Under the pieces are notes generated by a model. That model was not told where the DNA came from. It searched no databases and saw nothing but the letters and a program-made list of their open reading frames with translations. 64,000 nucleotides of DNA from a bacterium (GTDB taxonomy: Bacteria > Electryoneota > Electryoneia > Electryoneales > Electryoneaceae): contig OY769902.1 of NCBI GenBank assembly GCA_963669175.1, positions 608,001-672,000 on the forward strand, given 5' to 3'. The position numbers were made by a program, and so were the translations under genes. Positions 34,754 to 46,100 of this stretch are shown one piece after another. Every line of letters starts with the position of its first letter. Position 1 is the stretch's first letter.

Positions 34754-37700
34754 ATGTTTCGATCTACTCGTCTTGTTTTTTGCTTGCCTGTTGTTCTGCT
34801 GTTGTTCGTTGTCAGCTCAGCTCATGTGTACCTTGGTCCCGAGAACGAAAAATACCTGGCGCACTCCCACAAGGGCGAACACAATCCTCATCCCGGCTGG
34901 CATATCGATGAACTGGATGAGGCGGGCGGTCCGGATGCTGGCGGATATGTCTATCGTGACAGCAACGAAGAAGACGGCCCCGTGTATGCCTGGGTGGATA
35001 TATCCGCAACAGGAACCGCCATTACCGACATGGATGATGATGACTATTCCGATCCGATTGAGTTGCCGTGGACGTTCTCCTTTTACGGCAACGATTACAC
35101 GGAAGTCTATATCTGCTCCAACGGCTTCCTGAGGTTCGGTCTGGGCAGCGAAGAATATGACAACACCGCTCTGCCGGACTACGAAGCGCCCAACAACCTG
35201 CTGGCCTTTTTCTGGAACGATCTGGACCCGTCTTCCGGCGGAACGATTTATTACGGTGTCGATAACCAGAACCGTTGGATCTGCCAGTTTGACCAGATAC
35301 GTGAATTTGACGACAGCGGCGCTATCACCGCCGAAGTGATTCTGGATGAATCCGGCGCCATCCTTTTCCAGTACGAAGCATTGGAAAACGGCATTGACAT
35401 TGGCGGCGAGACCATCGGTATCGAAAACGAGTTCGGCGCCATCGGATTAACGGTTTCCCTTGACGATTCCCCGGAAAGTTACCCCTACGCATCACTGGCC
35501 GTTCTTCTGGAACAGCTTGAGTTTGACGCTACTCTGTCCGGCACGATAACCGACACTGAAAACGGCCGTGGAGTTGCCGGGGTAACGGTTGAATTCGGAA
35601 ACCTCAGCACTGTTTCCGATGTCAATGGGAATTACAGCTTAGACGAAATCTGGTCCGGGGTGTACGATGTGCATGTGTACGCCAACGGCTATTTCGACAC
35701 TCGCGCCGAAGATGTTGTGCTGACAACAGGCGACAACACATACAATTACATGTTGACTCCCTCCGGAATGCCTTCGGGGTTTGTCGGGTACTGGACTTTT
35801 GACGATCAGCAGGATCTCCTGCATGCGGATGTGGGGAATGATCTCGTACTGGTCGGCGCCCACACCGCAATTGACGGCCCGGATGATGACGACAACGCAG
35901 TGACCATTACAGAAGGCAACTTCTACAGGTGTTATCATGACATCGCACCTAACGGCGCGTATGGAGAACCGGAGTGGGTCAATCAGTTTACCATCGTAAT
36001 GGACATCCGTATTCCCGAACTGGATGACTGGTACTGCATCTACCAAACCAACTACGAAAACAGCAATGACGGCGACTGCTTTGTCCATACGTCTGGCGCG
36101 GTCGGGGTGGCTGCAACGGGCTATTCCGATTACAACCTGGTTCCCGGGGAATGGTATCGTCTGGCGATATCGGCCAACCTGGGTGTGAGCTACAATTACT
36201 ACCTGGACGGCCGTTTGCTGCAAATCGGCGGAGCGCAGAGTTATGAAGGACGTTTTGCTTTATACCCGGCAAACGACGCTAACCAGGTTTTGTTCTTCGC
36301 CGACAACAATGATGAAGACGGTCCGATTGATGTGGCGCAAATCCAACTCTATGACCGTGACCTGACAGCTTCTGAAATCGCTACCCTCGGGGGATACGGG
36401 CATGAGTTTGAAAGCCCGGAAATTTACTATATGGACCCTTTCCTCCAAACCCCCACGCCCAACTCCATATATGTTTGCTGGCATTCGTCCAGCTCAACAG
36501 AATCCATCCTGAACTATGGGCTCGACGAAACGCTTGATATGCAGGCCACCGGAGACCATCACGTTTTCAATGAAGCCACCATATGGCACTGGGTGAAGCT
36601 GGAAAATCTCGATCCCCTGACAACCTATTATTACCGTGTCATCAGTGGCGCGGACTCTTCCGAAATCCACGCTTTCACAACCCAGCAGGTGGATGGTAAC
36701 GACCAGCGACCTGTCCGGTTTGTCGTGTACAGCGATCCCCAAACCAGTGAGGGTCATCATGCTGTCATCGAGGCGATGGAAGAGAAACTGGTTGAACTGT
36801 ACGGCGAGGATTTTCACGAAGATGTCCAACTGATCATGACCACGGGGGATATTGTCAACACCGGAAGCGATCTGGCGCAGTATACGTCCCTGTTTTTCAA
36901 CAACAATGCCCCTGTCACCGATAATCTGCCACTCATGAACGCGATTGGCAATCATGAAGCGGAAGCGGAAATTTATTATGACTATATGCTGTACGATGAT
37001 TTCGCCGGCCCTGAAGGTGAAGTGTATTATTCATTCTGGGTCGGAAACGCCCTTTATATTGTACTGAACAGCAATATTCAGGGTGACACCCAGATAACTT
37101 GGCTGGAGAACCTTCTGGATGATGCGGAAGCCGATCCTGCTCTCGATTGGGTGTTTGTTTTCCTGCACCACCCGGGGCGCAGCGAAACCTGGCCGGATGG
37201 AAATACGGCGTGGACACAGAATGAAGTCATCCCGCTGCTGACACAACATCCGAAGGTGGAGATGCTGTGTTATGGACATACGCATTCCTATGAACGTGGC
37301 GCGCCCATTGACGGTACTGTTCGCCTGATGTGTTTCGGCGGTGGCGGTGGACATCTGGATCGCTGGCGTGATTATGAAAACCAGACTGATTATCCTGAAA
37401 TTCACCGTGCACACGACTATTACGGATACGCCATTTTCGAGATCAATCCCACGACAGAATCCTATTCCGCCACTGCCTATACATTGGGAAACGAAGATCA
37501 TCCGCTGGAAAACACTGTCATGGATAGCTGGGTCCGTGACCGTACAGCAGCGCCGCCTTTGCAGCCTCAAAGTTATTTCCCGGACAGCCAGGGTGATATC
37601 AATACTGTTTTAACCGCTTCCCCCTGCATTTCCATGTTTCCCGTGATGAGTTCGCAGTTCCAGGTAAGCACATCTCAGGAGGACTGGTCAAATCCGGTTG

Positions 37701-38467
37701 TTGACAGTAAACGTGACTGGGAAAATGTGTATTACGATACCGGTGATCCGGATTACGAGCCAATTGATCTGAATGAAGGCATTGACTTGACACGCCTGAA
37801 CCTGGGTGAGATGTTTGAGGTTGGCGAAACCCTGTTCTGGCGCGTTCGCTATCGTGATCAGAACCTGCTGTGGAGCGAGTGGTCCGATACCTCAGAGTTT
37901 GTTGTGGCAGATCTTCCGCCAGGTGCAGAGTTTACTTCTATCATCCAAGTCGCAAGCCCAGTTGATGACATTCATTTTACCGATTTGTCGATCGGAGAAG
38001 TGGAGAGCTGGAGTTGGGATCTTGACGGGGACAATGTAATCGATTCGGAAGAACGTGATCCTGTTTTCCAATATGAGGAAGCAGGGGAATATACTGTTAC
38101 ACTTACCGTAGTGATTGACGGCGCTACCTATACAGAAGTCAAGACAGACTACATCCGGATTGTGGATGAACGTACCGAAGAAGCTGATCGGGCCATCCCG
38201 GACCGGTTCGACGTGTCACCCCCCTACCCGAACCCGTTCAACGCTTCAACCATTGTTACGGTGGCATTGCCCGGCGAATCCAGGCTCGAGGTCACGCTGT
38301 TCAACATCCTCGGCCAGGAAGTGGTCACCTTGTTCGAAGGAACCGCTACAGGTGGATACAAAACTTTCAATCTGGATTCACAAACCATCGCGAGCGGGAC
38401 GTATTACCTTCAAGTTAGCAGTCCGGTGTTCGGCACAAAGATCAGGAAAGTGGTCTGCCTGAAATAG
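34754..38467 (+). CDS. Secreted multidomain metallophosphoesterase (nidogen-like, carboxypeptidase-regulatory-like, LamG, purple-acid-phosphatase N-term, calcineurin-like phosphoesterase, PKD, C-terminal sorting domain)
   Basis: Signal peptide; YSD, TGDIV, GNHE, HHP, GHTHSYER; WSWDLDGD...P...Y...G.YTVTL (PKD); YPNPFN...SGTYY C-terminal domain. Confidence 0.85.
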   Translation: MFRSTRLVFCLPVVLLLFVVSSAHVYLGPENEKYLAHSHKGEHNPHPGWHIDELDEAGGPDAGGYVYRDSNEEDGPVYAWVDISATGTAITDMDDDDYSDPIELPWTFSFYGNDYTEVYICSNGFLRFGLGSEEYDNTALPDYEAPNNLLAFFWNDLDPSSGGTIYYGVDNQNRWICQFDQIREFDDSGAITAEVILDESGAILFQYEALENGIDIGGETIGIENEFGAIGLTVSLDDSPESYPYASLAVLLEQLEFDATLSGTITDTENGRGVAGVTVEFGNLSTVSDVNGNYSLDEIWSGVYDVHVYANGYFDTRAEDVVLTTGDNTYNYMLTPSGMPSGFVGYWTFDDQQDLLHADVGNDLVLVGAHTAIDGPDDDDNAVTITEGNFYRCYHDIAPNGAYGEPEWVNQFTIVMDIRIPELDDWYCIYQTNYENSNDGDCFVHTSGAVGVAATGYSDYNLVPGEWYRLAISANLGVSYNYYLDGRLLQIGGAQSYEGRFALYPANDANQVLFFADNNDEDGPIDVAQIQLYDRDLTASEIATLGGYGHEFESPEIYYMDPFLQTPTPNSIYVCWHSSSSTESILNYGLDETLDMQATGDHHVFNEATIWHWVKLENLDPLTTYYYRVISGADSSEIHAFTTQQVDGNDQRPVRFVVYSDPQTSEGHHAVIEAMEEKLVELYGEDFHEDVQLIMTTGDIVNTGSDLAQYTSLFFNNNAPVTDNLPLMNAIGNHEAEAEIYYDYMLYDDFAGPEGEVYYSFWVGNALYIVLNSNIQGDTQITWLENLLDDAEADPALDWVFVFLHHPGRSETWPDGNTAWTQNEVIPLLTQHPKVEMLCYGHTHSYERGAPIDGTVRLMCFGGGGGHLDRWRDYENQTDYPEIHRAHDYYGYAIFEINPTTESYSATAYTLGNEDHPLENTVMDSWVRDRTAAPPLQPQSYFPDSQGDINTVLTASPCISMFPVMSSQFQVSTSQEDWSNPVVDSKRDWENVYYDTGDPDYEPIDLNEGIDLTRLNLGEMFEVGETLFWRVRYRDQNLLWSEWSDTSEFVVADLPPGAEFTSIIQVASPVDDIHFTDLSIGEVESWSWDLDGDNVIDSEERDPVFQYEEAGEYTVTLTVVIDGATYTEVKTDYIRIVDERTEEADRAIPDRFDVSPPYPNPFNASTIVTVALPGESRLEVTLFNILGQEVVTLFEGTATGGYKTFNLDSQTIASGTYYLQVSSPVFGTKIRKVVCLK

Positions 38468-38566
38468 AGTTTATGCCTTTTCAGGAAATTCTGTTTTAAG
38501 GCTTTCATTTTTGATTCGTTTTGAAGATATTCGGAATGCACACCATAAACATGACAGGAGATAATT

Positions 38567-39415
38567 GTGGACACTGATATCATACGGACTCTAACTGACA
38601 CTTTTGAGGCGCATGCCCAACAGACCGAGAACGGTGTCGAGTTCTGGCTGGCGAGAGACTTACAACAGCTTCTTGGTTACAGCAAATGGGAAAACTTTTC
38701 GCTGGTTATCAATAAAGCTAAGATCGCTTGCGAAGTTAGTGGCCATGAGGTTCCAGACCATTTTCCTGACGTCAGGAAAATGGTCGAATTAGGTTCCGGT
38801 AGCAAGCGTGAAATTGATGATATCATGCTGACACGTTATGCCTGCTACTTGATTGCCCAGAATGGCGACCCACGCAAGCAACCGATTGCCTTCGCGCAGA
38901 CCTATTTTGCTATGCAGACACGTCGAGCAGAGCTGATTGAAAAACGGCTGCTCGAAGCAGAGCGGGTCTCGGCACGCAACAAGCTGAAAGCTACAGAAAA
39001 AGAACTATCCTCGGTCATCTATGAACATACTGGCGGAAATGAAAGTTTTGGCATCATACGGAATAAGGGTGATCAAGCCCTTTTTGGCAAATCCACACGG
39101 GAAATGAAGGCAATCTGGAAAGTCCCGGATCGTCGCCCCCTTGCCGATTTTGCACCGACGATTATTCTGAAAGCAAAGGATTTTGCGACCGAGATCACTA
39201 TCTTTAACACCCGTGAACATGACTTCCGTTCAGAAGGCAAAATTTCCAGTGAACACGTCACCAACAACAAGGCCGTTCGTGATACCCTTTTAAATCGTGG
39301 TATTCGACCGGAATCTTTGTCCCCCGACGAAGATGTCAAAAAGGTCGAGCGACGATTGTCCAAAGAAAACAAAAAGGCTTTGCAACACCCCGATGGACTG
39401 GAAATCGAAGAGTAA
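38567..39415 (+). CDS. dinD: DNA damage-inducible protein D (BRO-N-like)
   Basis: EFWLARDLQ.LLGY..W.NF, LTRYACYLIAQNGDPRK..IAFAQTYFA.QTR, RPLADF.PT, RGIRPE.L...EDVKK.ERR. Confidence 0.85.
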   Translation: MDTDIIRTLTDTFEAHAQQTENGVEFWLARDLQQLLGYSKWENFSLVINKAKIACEVSGHEVPDHFPDVRKMVELGSGSKREIDDIMLTRYACYLIAQNGDPRKQPIAFAQTYFAMQTRRAELIEKRLLEAERVSARNKLKATEKELSSVIYEHTGGNESFGIIRNKGDQALFGKSTREMKAIWKVPDRRPLADFAPTIILKAKDFATEITIFNTREHDFRSEGKISSEHVTNNKAVRDTLLNRGIRPESLSPDEDVKKVERRLSKENKKALQHPDGLEIEE

Positions 39416-39423
39416 TACAACTG

Positions 39424-39650
39424 TTCTCGATTTTATTCCGTCATAACAGAGCTTGCCGGGAAAAGGGGACGGGATCCTTTTCCTCGCGCTTATACAGAAT
39501 ATTCGTGAAGTATTCCTGGAAAAGGAAACTGTCCCCTTTTCCGTGTAATTCCTGCCTGCTCTCAAGAAAAAGGGTACAGCCACCTTTCCCGGTCCATACC
39601 CACAGCGGGAAAGCTTTGCCCCAGGGAAAGGAGGCAGTCCCCTTTTTCCA
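39424..39650. repeat. Palindromic repeat element copy 1 (GGAAAAGGGGACGGGATCCTTTTCC family)
   Basis: Several AAAAGG...CCTTTT hairpin units; homologous to 42294-42404. Confidence 0.7.
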
Positions 39651-39756
39651 TATCCTTTATCCCAATAATATAGTTGACCTTTCGCTGATATGGCACATGA
39701 CCATATGACGGACTAATAATGGGAATCGATATTTTTTTACCGCAGGGGAAACAGGT

Positions 39757-41064
39757 TTATCGTTCAATCACCTCATACGCATATGGTTCAAGCGCTACTG
39801 TCAAATCCGGACCAAGGACGGTACTGTAGGGTTGACCGGTGAAGTTGATTGCCACGACTACCTTTTTCCCGTTCAGAGAGCGTTCGAAAATCAGCACGTC
39901 TGCGTCGTCCTTAGGATCGATACGTGTCAGGTCGCCTTTACGCAGGATTTCGCTGGTCTGGCGCATATGCAGGAGATCCTGGTAAAACGCCAGCGCTTCG
40001 TCTGCACCCTCGCGATCCCAGTCGATCGGTTCCTTTTCGAACAGGCTGGGACGGTGTGTCGCGCCAACTTCCTGTCCGCTGTAGATCAATGGGATTCCGG
40101 GCAGGGTGAAGATCAACGCGGCATAGGGCTTCGCCTGGGGCCAGCCGAAAACTTCCGCGGAACGATTTTCGTCATGGTTTTCGATAAACCGCATGGGCAA
40201 TGCGCCTGCCGGGTACATATCCTTGAAACGGTCGATTACCAGCCACAGACTGTCAACATCAATCCCACCTTCGTTGTGTTCCTTCATGCGATGGTACAGA
40301 TCCCAATCGTATACAGACTGAAAGCCATCGTCAATCAACCGTGGTTCCCAGCCTTCAGCCAACATGAAAAAGTCGGGCTTGATTTTCCGTATCCTGGGAA
40401 TAACATGCTTCCAGAAGGAATCGGGCACCATGGCTGCGACATCGCAACGGAACCCGTCAACATCCATCTCCTCGGCCCAGTACTCGAGCATGCGTGTCAG
40501 GTAGGTTACCACTTCCGGGTTATCATAATTCCAGTCGGTTACATCGGACCAGTCCGCTACTTCGCGGGTAAACGCGCCGCTCGAATCCTGCGCATACCAG
40601 TCCGGATGCAAGGCCATTTCTACATGGTCATTGGCGACATGGTTCATGACCATATCCAGCATAACACGCATTCCCAGCGAATGGGCATCGCCGATCAGAT
40701 CTTCCAGATTATTCAGGCCGCCGTACTCGTCAGCCACATCGAAATAATCCTTGACCGAATAAGGGCATCCCATACCGCCCTTACGTCCATCTTCCCCGAT
40801 TGGATGCACCGGCATTAACCAGATAGTTGTAATACCCATTCGCTTCAATTCTGGCAGTTTTTCACGCAGGTTTTCGAAGTCACCCGCATGGGAAAAGGCG
40901 CGGACATAGACTTCATACAGAGGCCGGCCATCAAACCAGTCATATGTCTGCACTTGCCCTTTAGCCGATTTTTGCGCTTCCTTTTTACCACCGGAACACC
41001 CGATTAAGCCAACAACAAACACAGTCACCAGGATTCCCAAAACCCACATATGAAAAGAACGCAT
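39757..41064 (-). CDS. GH13 alpha-amylase-family lipoprotein
   Basis: Lipobox LIGC; YEVYVR, DMVMNH, DGFRCDVA, LAE, FIENHDE. Confidence 0.92.
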   Translation of the reverse strand: MRSFHMWVLGILVTVFVVGLIGCSGGKKEAQKSAKGQVQTYDWFDGRPLYEVYVRAFSHAGDFENLREKLPELKRMGITTIWLMPVHPIGEDGRKGGMGCPYSVKDYFDVADEYGGLNNLEDLIGDAHSLGMRVMLDMVMNHVANDHVEMALHPDWYAQDSSGAFTREVADWSDVTDWNYDNPEVVTYLTRMLEYWAEEMDVDGFRCDVAAMVPDSFWKHVIPRIRKIKPDFFMLAEGWEPRLIDDGFQSVYDWDLYHRMKEHNEGGIDVDSLWLVIDRFKDMYPAGALPMRFIENHDENRSAEVFGWPQAKPYAALIFTLPGIPLIYSGQEVGATHRPSLFEKEPIDWDREGADEALAFYQDLLHMRQTSEILRKGDLTRIDPKDDADVLIFERSLNGKKVVVAINFTGQPYSTVLGPDLTVALEPYAYEVIER

Positions 41065-41173
41065 CACCAGAACCCCCATTTACTGAAATATTCTAACAGA
41101 ACTACTTGCCCTGAAAGACAGAAGATAACAAACCCATTTGTCGAACGCAGCCAATTACGAATTGTTCCTGCGT

Positions 41174-42139
41174 TTAATGGAACCACCCGCGTTTCCGGAA
41201 GAACAACAACAGGCTACCGGAAACAACTACCATTAACCCGAGCGCGTAGAGATAGCCAAATCGCCATTGAAGCTCCGGCATGATGACAAAGTTCATGCCA
41301 TACAGACCGGTGATTAAAGCCAGCGGTTGAAAGATGGCCGAGATAACCGTGAGCACACGCAACCGCGATTCCGTCTGAGTTTGCAGGTTGGAGTGCATTT
41401 GCATGTTCAGGTCCTGCAAACGTATTTCAAACCGGTTAATCCGGCGCAGCACGTATTCCGCCTGCCCGAACAGGTCTCGCAGGATCATACGGCTGCCGGA
41501 AAAACGAAACGCTTCCGGTTCGGAGGATTGCAGCACCCCGATACAATACAGGATATCTTCCGCGGTCACACCCAGGCGACTGATCCAGCGCTTCACCTCA
41601 AGAATATCGCCCTGGTCCAGGTCTGTGTCCGGATCATCAAGCTGGTCGGCGAAGGTGTTGATATGGTCCCGCACCTTCATCACACTTGCAACCAGACGGT
41701 CAATCATATAATCAATGATATGATACAGCACAGGGGCGGGCGCATAGGCGTGCATCGACATATGTTCGGCAAAGGAAGCGCCAACCTGTTCCAGGTCCGG
41801 GATGGGCTCCATGTGAATCGTGACCACCAGGTCCGTTCGCACGATTACCGATAAATATGCCAGCCGCGTCGCTTCATCGGTTGCCGGTATGGAGAACTGG
41901 GCGTAAAGCTCGTTATCGAAGGGCAGCAGACGTGTCCCGGTAGGAGATTCGAGGATACTTTCACGGACAAGCCGATTAGGTTCAAGCCTGTCCAGCAGGG
42001 TAATCAGCTCCCCGGTATCAGATGATTCCACATCCACCCAGACAGGGTCGGTATACTCCGCCAGCTTCTCCATGGAAAATGGATCTGGGATTGGCACCAG
42101 ACGTTTTTTCTTGCCGATCCTGTACCAGGCAACTTTCAT
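41174..42139 (-). CDS. corA: CorA-family divalent cation transporter
   Basis: C-terminal two TM helices with YGMNF..MPEL.W..GY and RKRGW. Confidence 0.88.
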   Translation of the reverse strand: MKVAWYRIGKKKRLVPIPDPFSMEKLAEYTDPVWVDVESSDTGELITLLDRLEPNRLVRESILESPTGTRLLPFDNELYAQFSIPATDEATRLAYLSVIVRTDLVVTIHMEPIPDLEQVGASFAEHMSMHAYAPAPVLYHIIDYMIDRLVASVMKVRDHINTFADQLDDPDTDLDQGDILEVKRWISRLGVTAEDILYCIGVLQSSEPEAFRFSGSRMILRDLFGQAEYVLRRINRFEIRLQDLNMQMHSNLQTQTESRLRVLTVISAIFQPLALITGLYGMNFVIMPELQWRFGYLYALGLMVVVSGSLLLFFRKRGWFH

Positions 42140-42293
42140 GTGTCCTCCCGATTTTCGGATAATGTAGGAGTGACCTGCTACTATTTCAATGACAATCCCA
42201 TGAAAGATGTATGAAACCGAACGGAATCCATGGGCGTGGTTCCTTGCCTTGTGACCGTCTGGCTTTCCATTTTCATCAAACGATACTTTTCAA

Positions 42294-42404
42294 TTCTCGA
42301 ATTGTTTCGTCATAGTGAGATTGCCGGGAAAAGGGGACGGGATCCTTTTCCGTGTGATTCCGGCCTACTCTCTGGAAAATGGTCAGCCACCTTTCCCGGT
42401 TCAT
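42294..42404. repeat. Palindromic repeat element copy 2
   Basis: Shares TTGCCGGGAAAAGGGGACGGGATCCTTTTCC and CAGCCACCTTTCCCGGT with copy 1, same orientation. Confidence 0.7.
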
Positions 42405-42546
42405 AATTGTTGTGGCAGGTCTTGACGCGTCTGGATTTCTTGTCACTGTGTTTACTGTTCTGACATTACCATGCTGTTGCATGTTCTTCGATTGCACTAT
42501 TCACCGCTCGCGTTGTGACCTGCCATGTAATCGCGAGCAATGTCAA

Positions 42547-42665
42547 ACGTCAGGTCACAACGTGATGCCAGCAAAATTCCTCTGAAAAACATCCAATAAA
42601 GGTCATTGAATCGTTTTCATCAGGATAAAATCCGGCCCCCCCCGCATCACGTCAAGACCTGACGT
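42547..42665. repeat. Imperfect 22-bp inverted repeat
   Basis: ACGTCAGGTCACAACGTGATGC (42547-42568) vs GCATCACGTCAAGACCTGACGT (42644-42665), 19/22 pairs. Confidence 0.6.
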
Positions 42666-42779
42666 AACGTGCTCCTCGATGGTATGCACAAATTCTCGTG
42701 AGTAGTTTTATTATTGTATCCCGAAGTCCGAAAGGATATTGCCCCATAGAGAGTTTTTTATGCAATCTTAGTTCTTCCA

Positions 42780-42808
42780 TTGACAATACAACAATATCAC
42801 TCTAGGTT
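42780..42808 (+). promoter_or_regulatory. Putative sigma70 promoter for the C25-like gene array
   Basis: TTGACA-17 nt-TAGGTT, ~310 nt before ATG 43122. Confidence 0.45.
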
Positions 42809-43121
42809 TAGATATAGAGCCCTATTACAATCACGGGGGATTAACAGGACGGATCGTGTACGGGTCGAAATGACCGGATTCAGGCGATTGGTGGAATGAT
42901 TCACCGGGATTATTGTCACTGTGGGAGTATCGGTAGAGATATTATTGTGTAATTACGTTGTAACCAGATTGGTTTCTGGCATTCATGTACGGGCCGCATG
43001 TGATTGAAATACACTTCAGGAAAACGCTGATATTGTCTCTTTTCCGATACTTTTTGTTTGACGATAAAACTTGAATTGCCTGTCTTCCCGGGTATCCTGC
43101 CGAACGTCCGGGGGAGATCAC

Positions 43122-46100
43122 ATGAGTGCCTTGAGAAAAAGCTGGCCTATCCTGGCATTTTGCCTTGCTTTATCCCAACACACCTTCGCTGCATCGTTAG
43201 GCGCTGATACAACGCCGACACTTGCAACCCTTGAAGTCACCCAGCTTCAACAGACAAACAACGGTTTTCGCATATCACTTGCCCTGCCGGAAATAGAGCT
43301 TGAAACACTGGGGTCAAGCCAGTTGCAACGGTTCACATTACAAGGCTCCGGCTTGTGGACAGAAGAAGGATTGCCTCCAGTACCCATGGTGGGCAGCCTT
43401 TTTCGCCTGCCACCGTCCGGTGGGGTTCATGTGGAAGTGCTTCACGCTGAATACGAAACCCTGACCGACATTAATTACGCTGCTTTCCATGAAAGCCAGA
43501 ACCATGACGAGCTGGATGAATGCCTGAACCGTGAAGATCGCTGGTTCCCCGGCCCGCTGGCAGAAGTGGGAGATCCGGCTATCTTTCACGATTTCCGTGT
43601 CGCAAACCTGCTGACTTTCCCCATCCAGGTCAACCCGGGACGCAATGAAGCACGCGTATATCACACCCTGGACCTGGAAATCAGTTTTGAAGGATCGGAT
43701 ACCCGGAACACACTTCCTGCCCCGCCAACACGCCTGAGTAAAGCCATGCTGCCGATGTACCGTACGCTGCTGGATTGGAACGAAGACGAGCTGGACGAAT
43801 TTGAATTGTATCGTGGCGGTGTCCAGGTTGTAATGCGCAACGATCTTGACCTGTTCGCTATCATGGAGGAGTGGTTCCAGTGGAAACGTGAAAGAGGCTG
43901 GAAATTTGAACTGCTGACGAATGATGGTATTGTGTGGAGCTGCTTTGGGGTTCATGATGAGCTGGCGGCACGCTATGCAGAAGAACCGTTCGATTATATC
44001 GTTGTTGTCGGCGATGACCAGGGCGATTTCCCTGCCCCCCCAGGGTCAAATATCGGTAATGGCGCTGGCGACTATAGGTTTTCCTGTATAGCCGGGGATG
44101 ATGACTTGGTGGATGTGGGAGTGGGACGCATTTCTATCATGTATCACCAGGATGCGTCTGTCGTGTTTGATAAACTGGTATCCTATGAAAAAAATCCCTT
44201 TATGGCTGATTCAAGCTGGTATCTGCGTGGACTGGTGCATAACTCGTACGATAGCAACTCCCGTTTTGAATGCGATGAAGTCCTGCTCCAAATCCGTAAC
44301 CAACTGCTGAATCTTGGCTATACGACCGTTGATACATTGCTGGGGATAACAGGGGAAGAGGCTATTTCGTATCTGGAAGATGGTGTTTCATTCTATTCCC
44401 ATGTTGGCTATTGCACGGATGGTTTGAACGGGAATGAGGTTTACAATATTCAAACCGGGGCAATGTGGCCGGTTGTTAGTACGTTCTTTGCCGGGGCCGG
44501 CACCTGGTCACAAGAAACAAGCACTACAGAAATCTGGTTACGCGCAGAAAACAATGGTTCACCGATAGGCGCAATAGGCGCTTTCGGCACGGCAACCTAT
44601 GCTGCAATGATAGATTATCAGAATCTCCTGCTTGCGGGGGAAATGTACTCAGCGACTGTGTTGTGCAATCCTGCACTGGGAGATATGAACTTGTTCGCAG
44701 ATGTTTCATTGTACAACAATTATTATGCATACGAGAACTACGAATTCACCCAACACATCAACTGGCATAACCTGATGGGTGATCCGACCACCTGGATCTG
44801 GACCGGAATCCCGCAACGTCTTACTGTCACAGAAATCACAACACTTCCCCTGGGTATGCAGGTAATTGCCTGTGATGTGTTCGATGCGGAAGGCGAACCT
44901 GTCGCAGATGCCTGGGTAACCCTGGTGAAAGACGACAACGGTGACTCCACCCAGGTGATGGCGGAAACGGACGCGAACGGACACGCGGAGCTGTTTGTTG
45001 ATCTGCAGCACGATGGCGATGCCACATTAACTGTGTCCGGCCAGAATTGTTACCCGGTTCAACAGACTATCGTTGTTGTCTCCAATCATGCCGGATGTGT
45101 GGTTGATACTGTCCAGGTGTATGAAAATGGCGCCTTTGGATCATCCGGGGATGGAGACGGGGTAATAGAGAATGGCGAGACCATCGCGCTGCAGGTAAGT
45201 TGCCGAAATTTGAGCGAAGATACGGTTGAAGAATTGATCCTCTGGGCGGAATCGCCGGATGATTATATCGATGCAGTGACTGGCGCTATTGAATACACTG
45301 AAATCGAGCCCGGTGAAGCCGGTTTTGGTAACGGGATTGTCCTGGTAGAGATCGACAGCCGAACCCCGGATTCATGGCTGGGTGAGCTTCAGTTTATGCT
45401 CGTAAGCGATGATACGGTTTACATTGACTATATGCTGCATATCTCCGCGCCCCTGCCGGTGGTGCCGGGATTTGTCAGATCAGAAGACACTGGCACATGT
45501 ACGATTATAGTTCCGATCACCAATACCGGCGGAGGTGATTTGGCGGGTGGGACAATCATGCTCGCATCACGAAGCAACCAGGTAAATATTGTACAGGGTG
45601 AAGCCATGATGCCCGCGCTGGCCCCCGGGATGACAACAGAAATTGAGTTTGAAATTTCAGCCAGCGATAATCGGATCGGCGGTTATCCGGCAGATATGAC
45701 GGTAATCATTTCAAGCGAAGATAACGCCCTCTTCCACACACCATTCACCCTGTACCTGGGCGAAGCGGAAACCACGGACCCAACGGGGCCGGACCGGTAC
45801 GGTTACCTTGCCTTTGACAACACGGATATATCGTACCATGATTATGCACCGGACTATGAATGGATCGAAATAGACCCGGATGCAGACGACATTGATTTCA
45901 TCGGCACATCCCTTGAATTATCAGATACCGGTGAAAATCTGGATGACGCCGCCCTGGTGGAATTACCATTTGATGTCTTCTACTACGGGGCAAACTTCGA
46001 TGAAATCACCGTAACCACCAACGGTATGGCTGCGTTCGGTGACCAGCGACGGTTGACTTTCGCCAAAAACCGTATCATCCCCGACCCATTAGGACCACAA

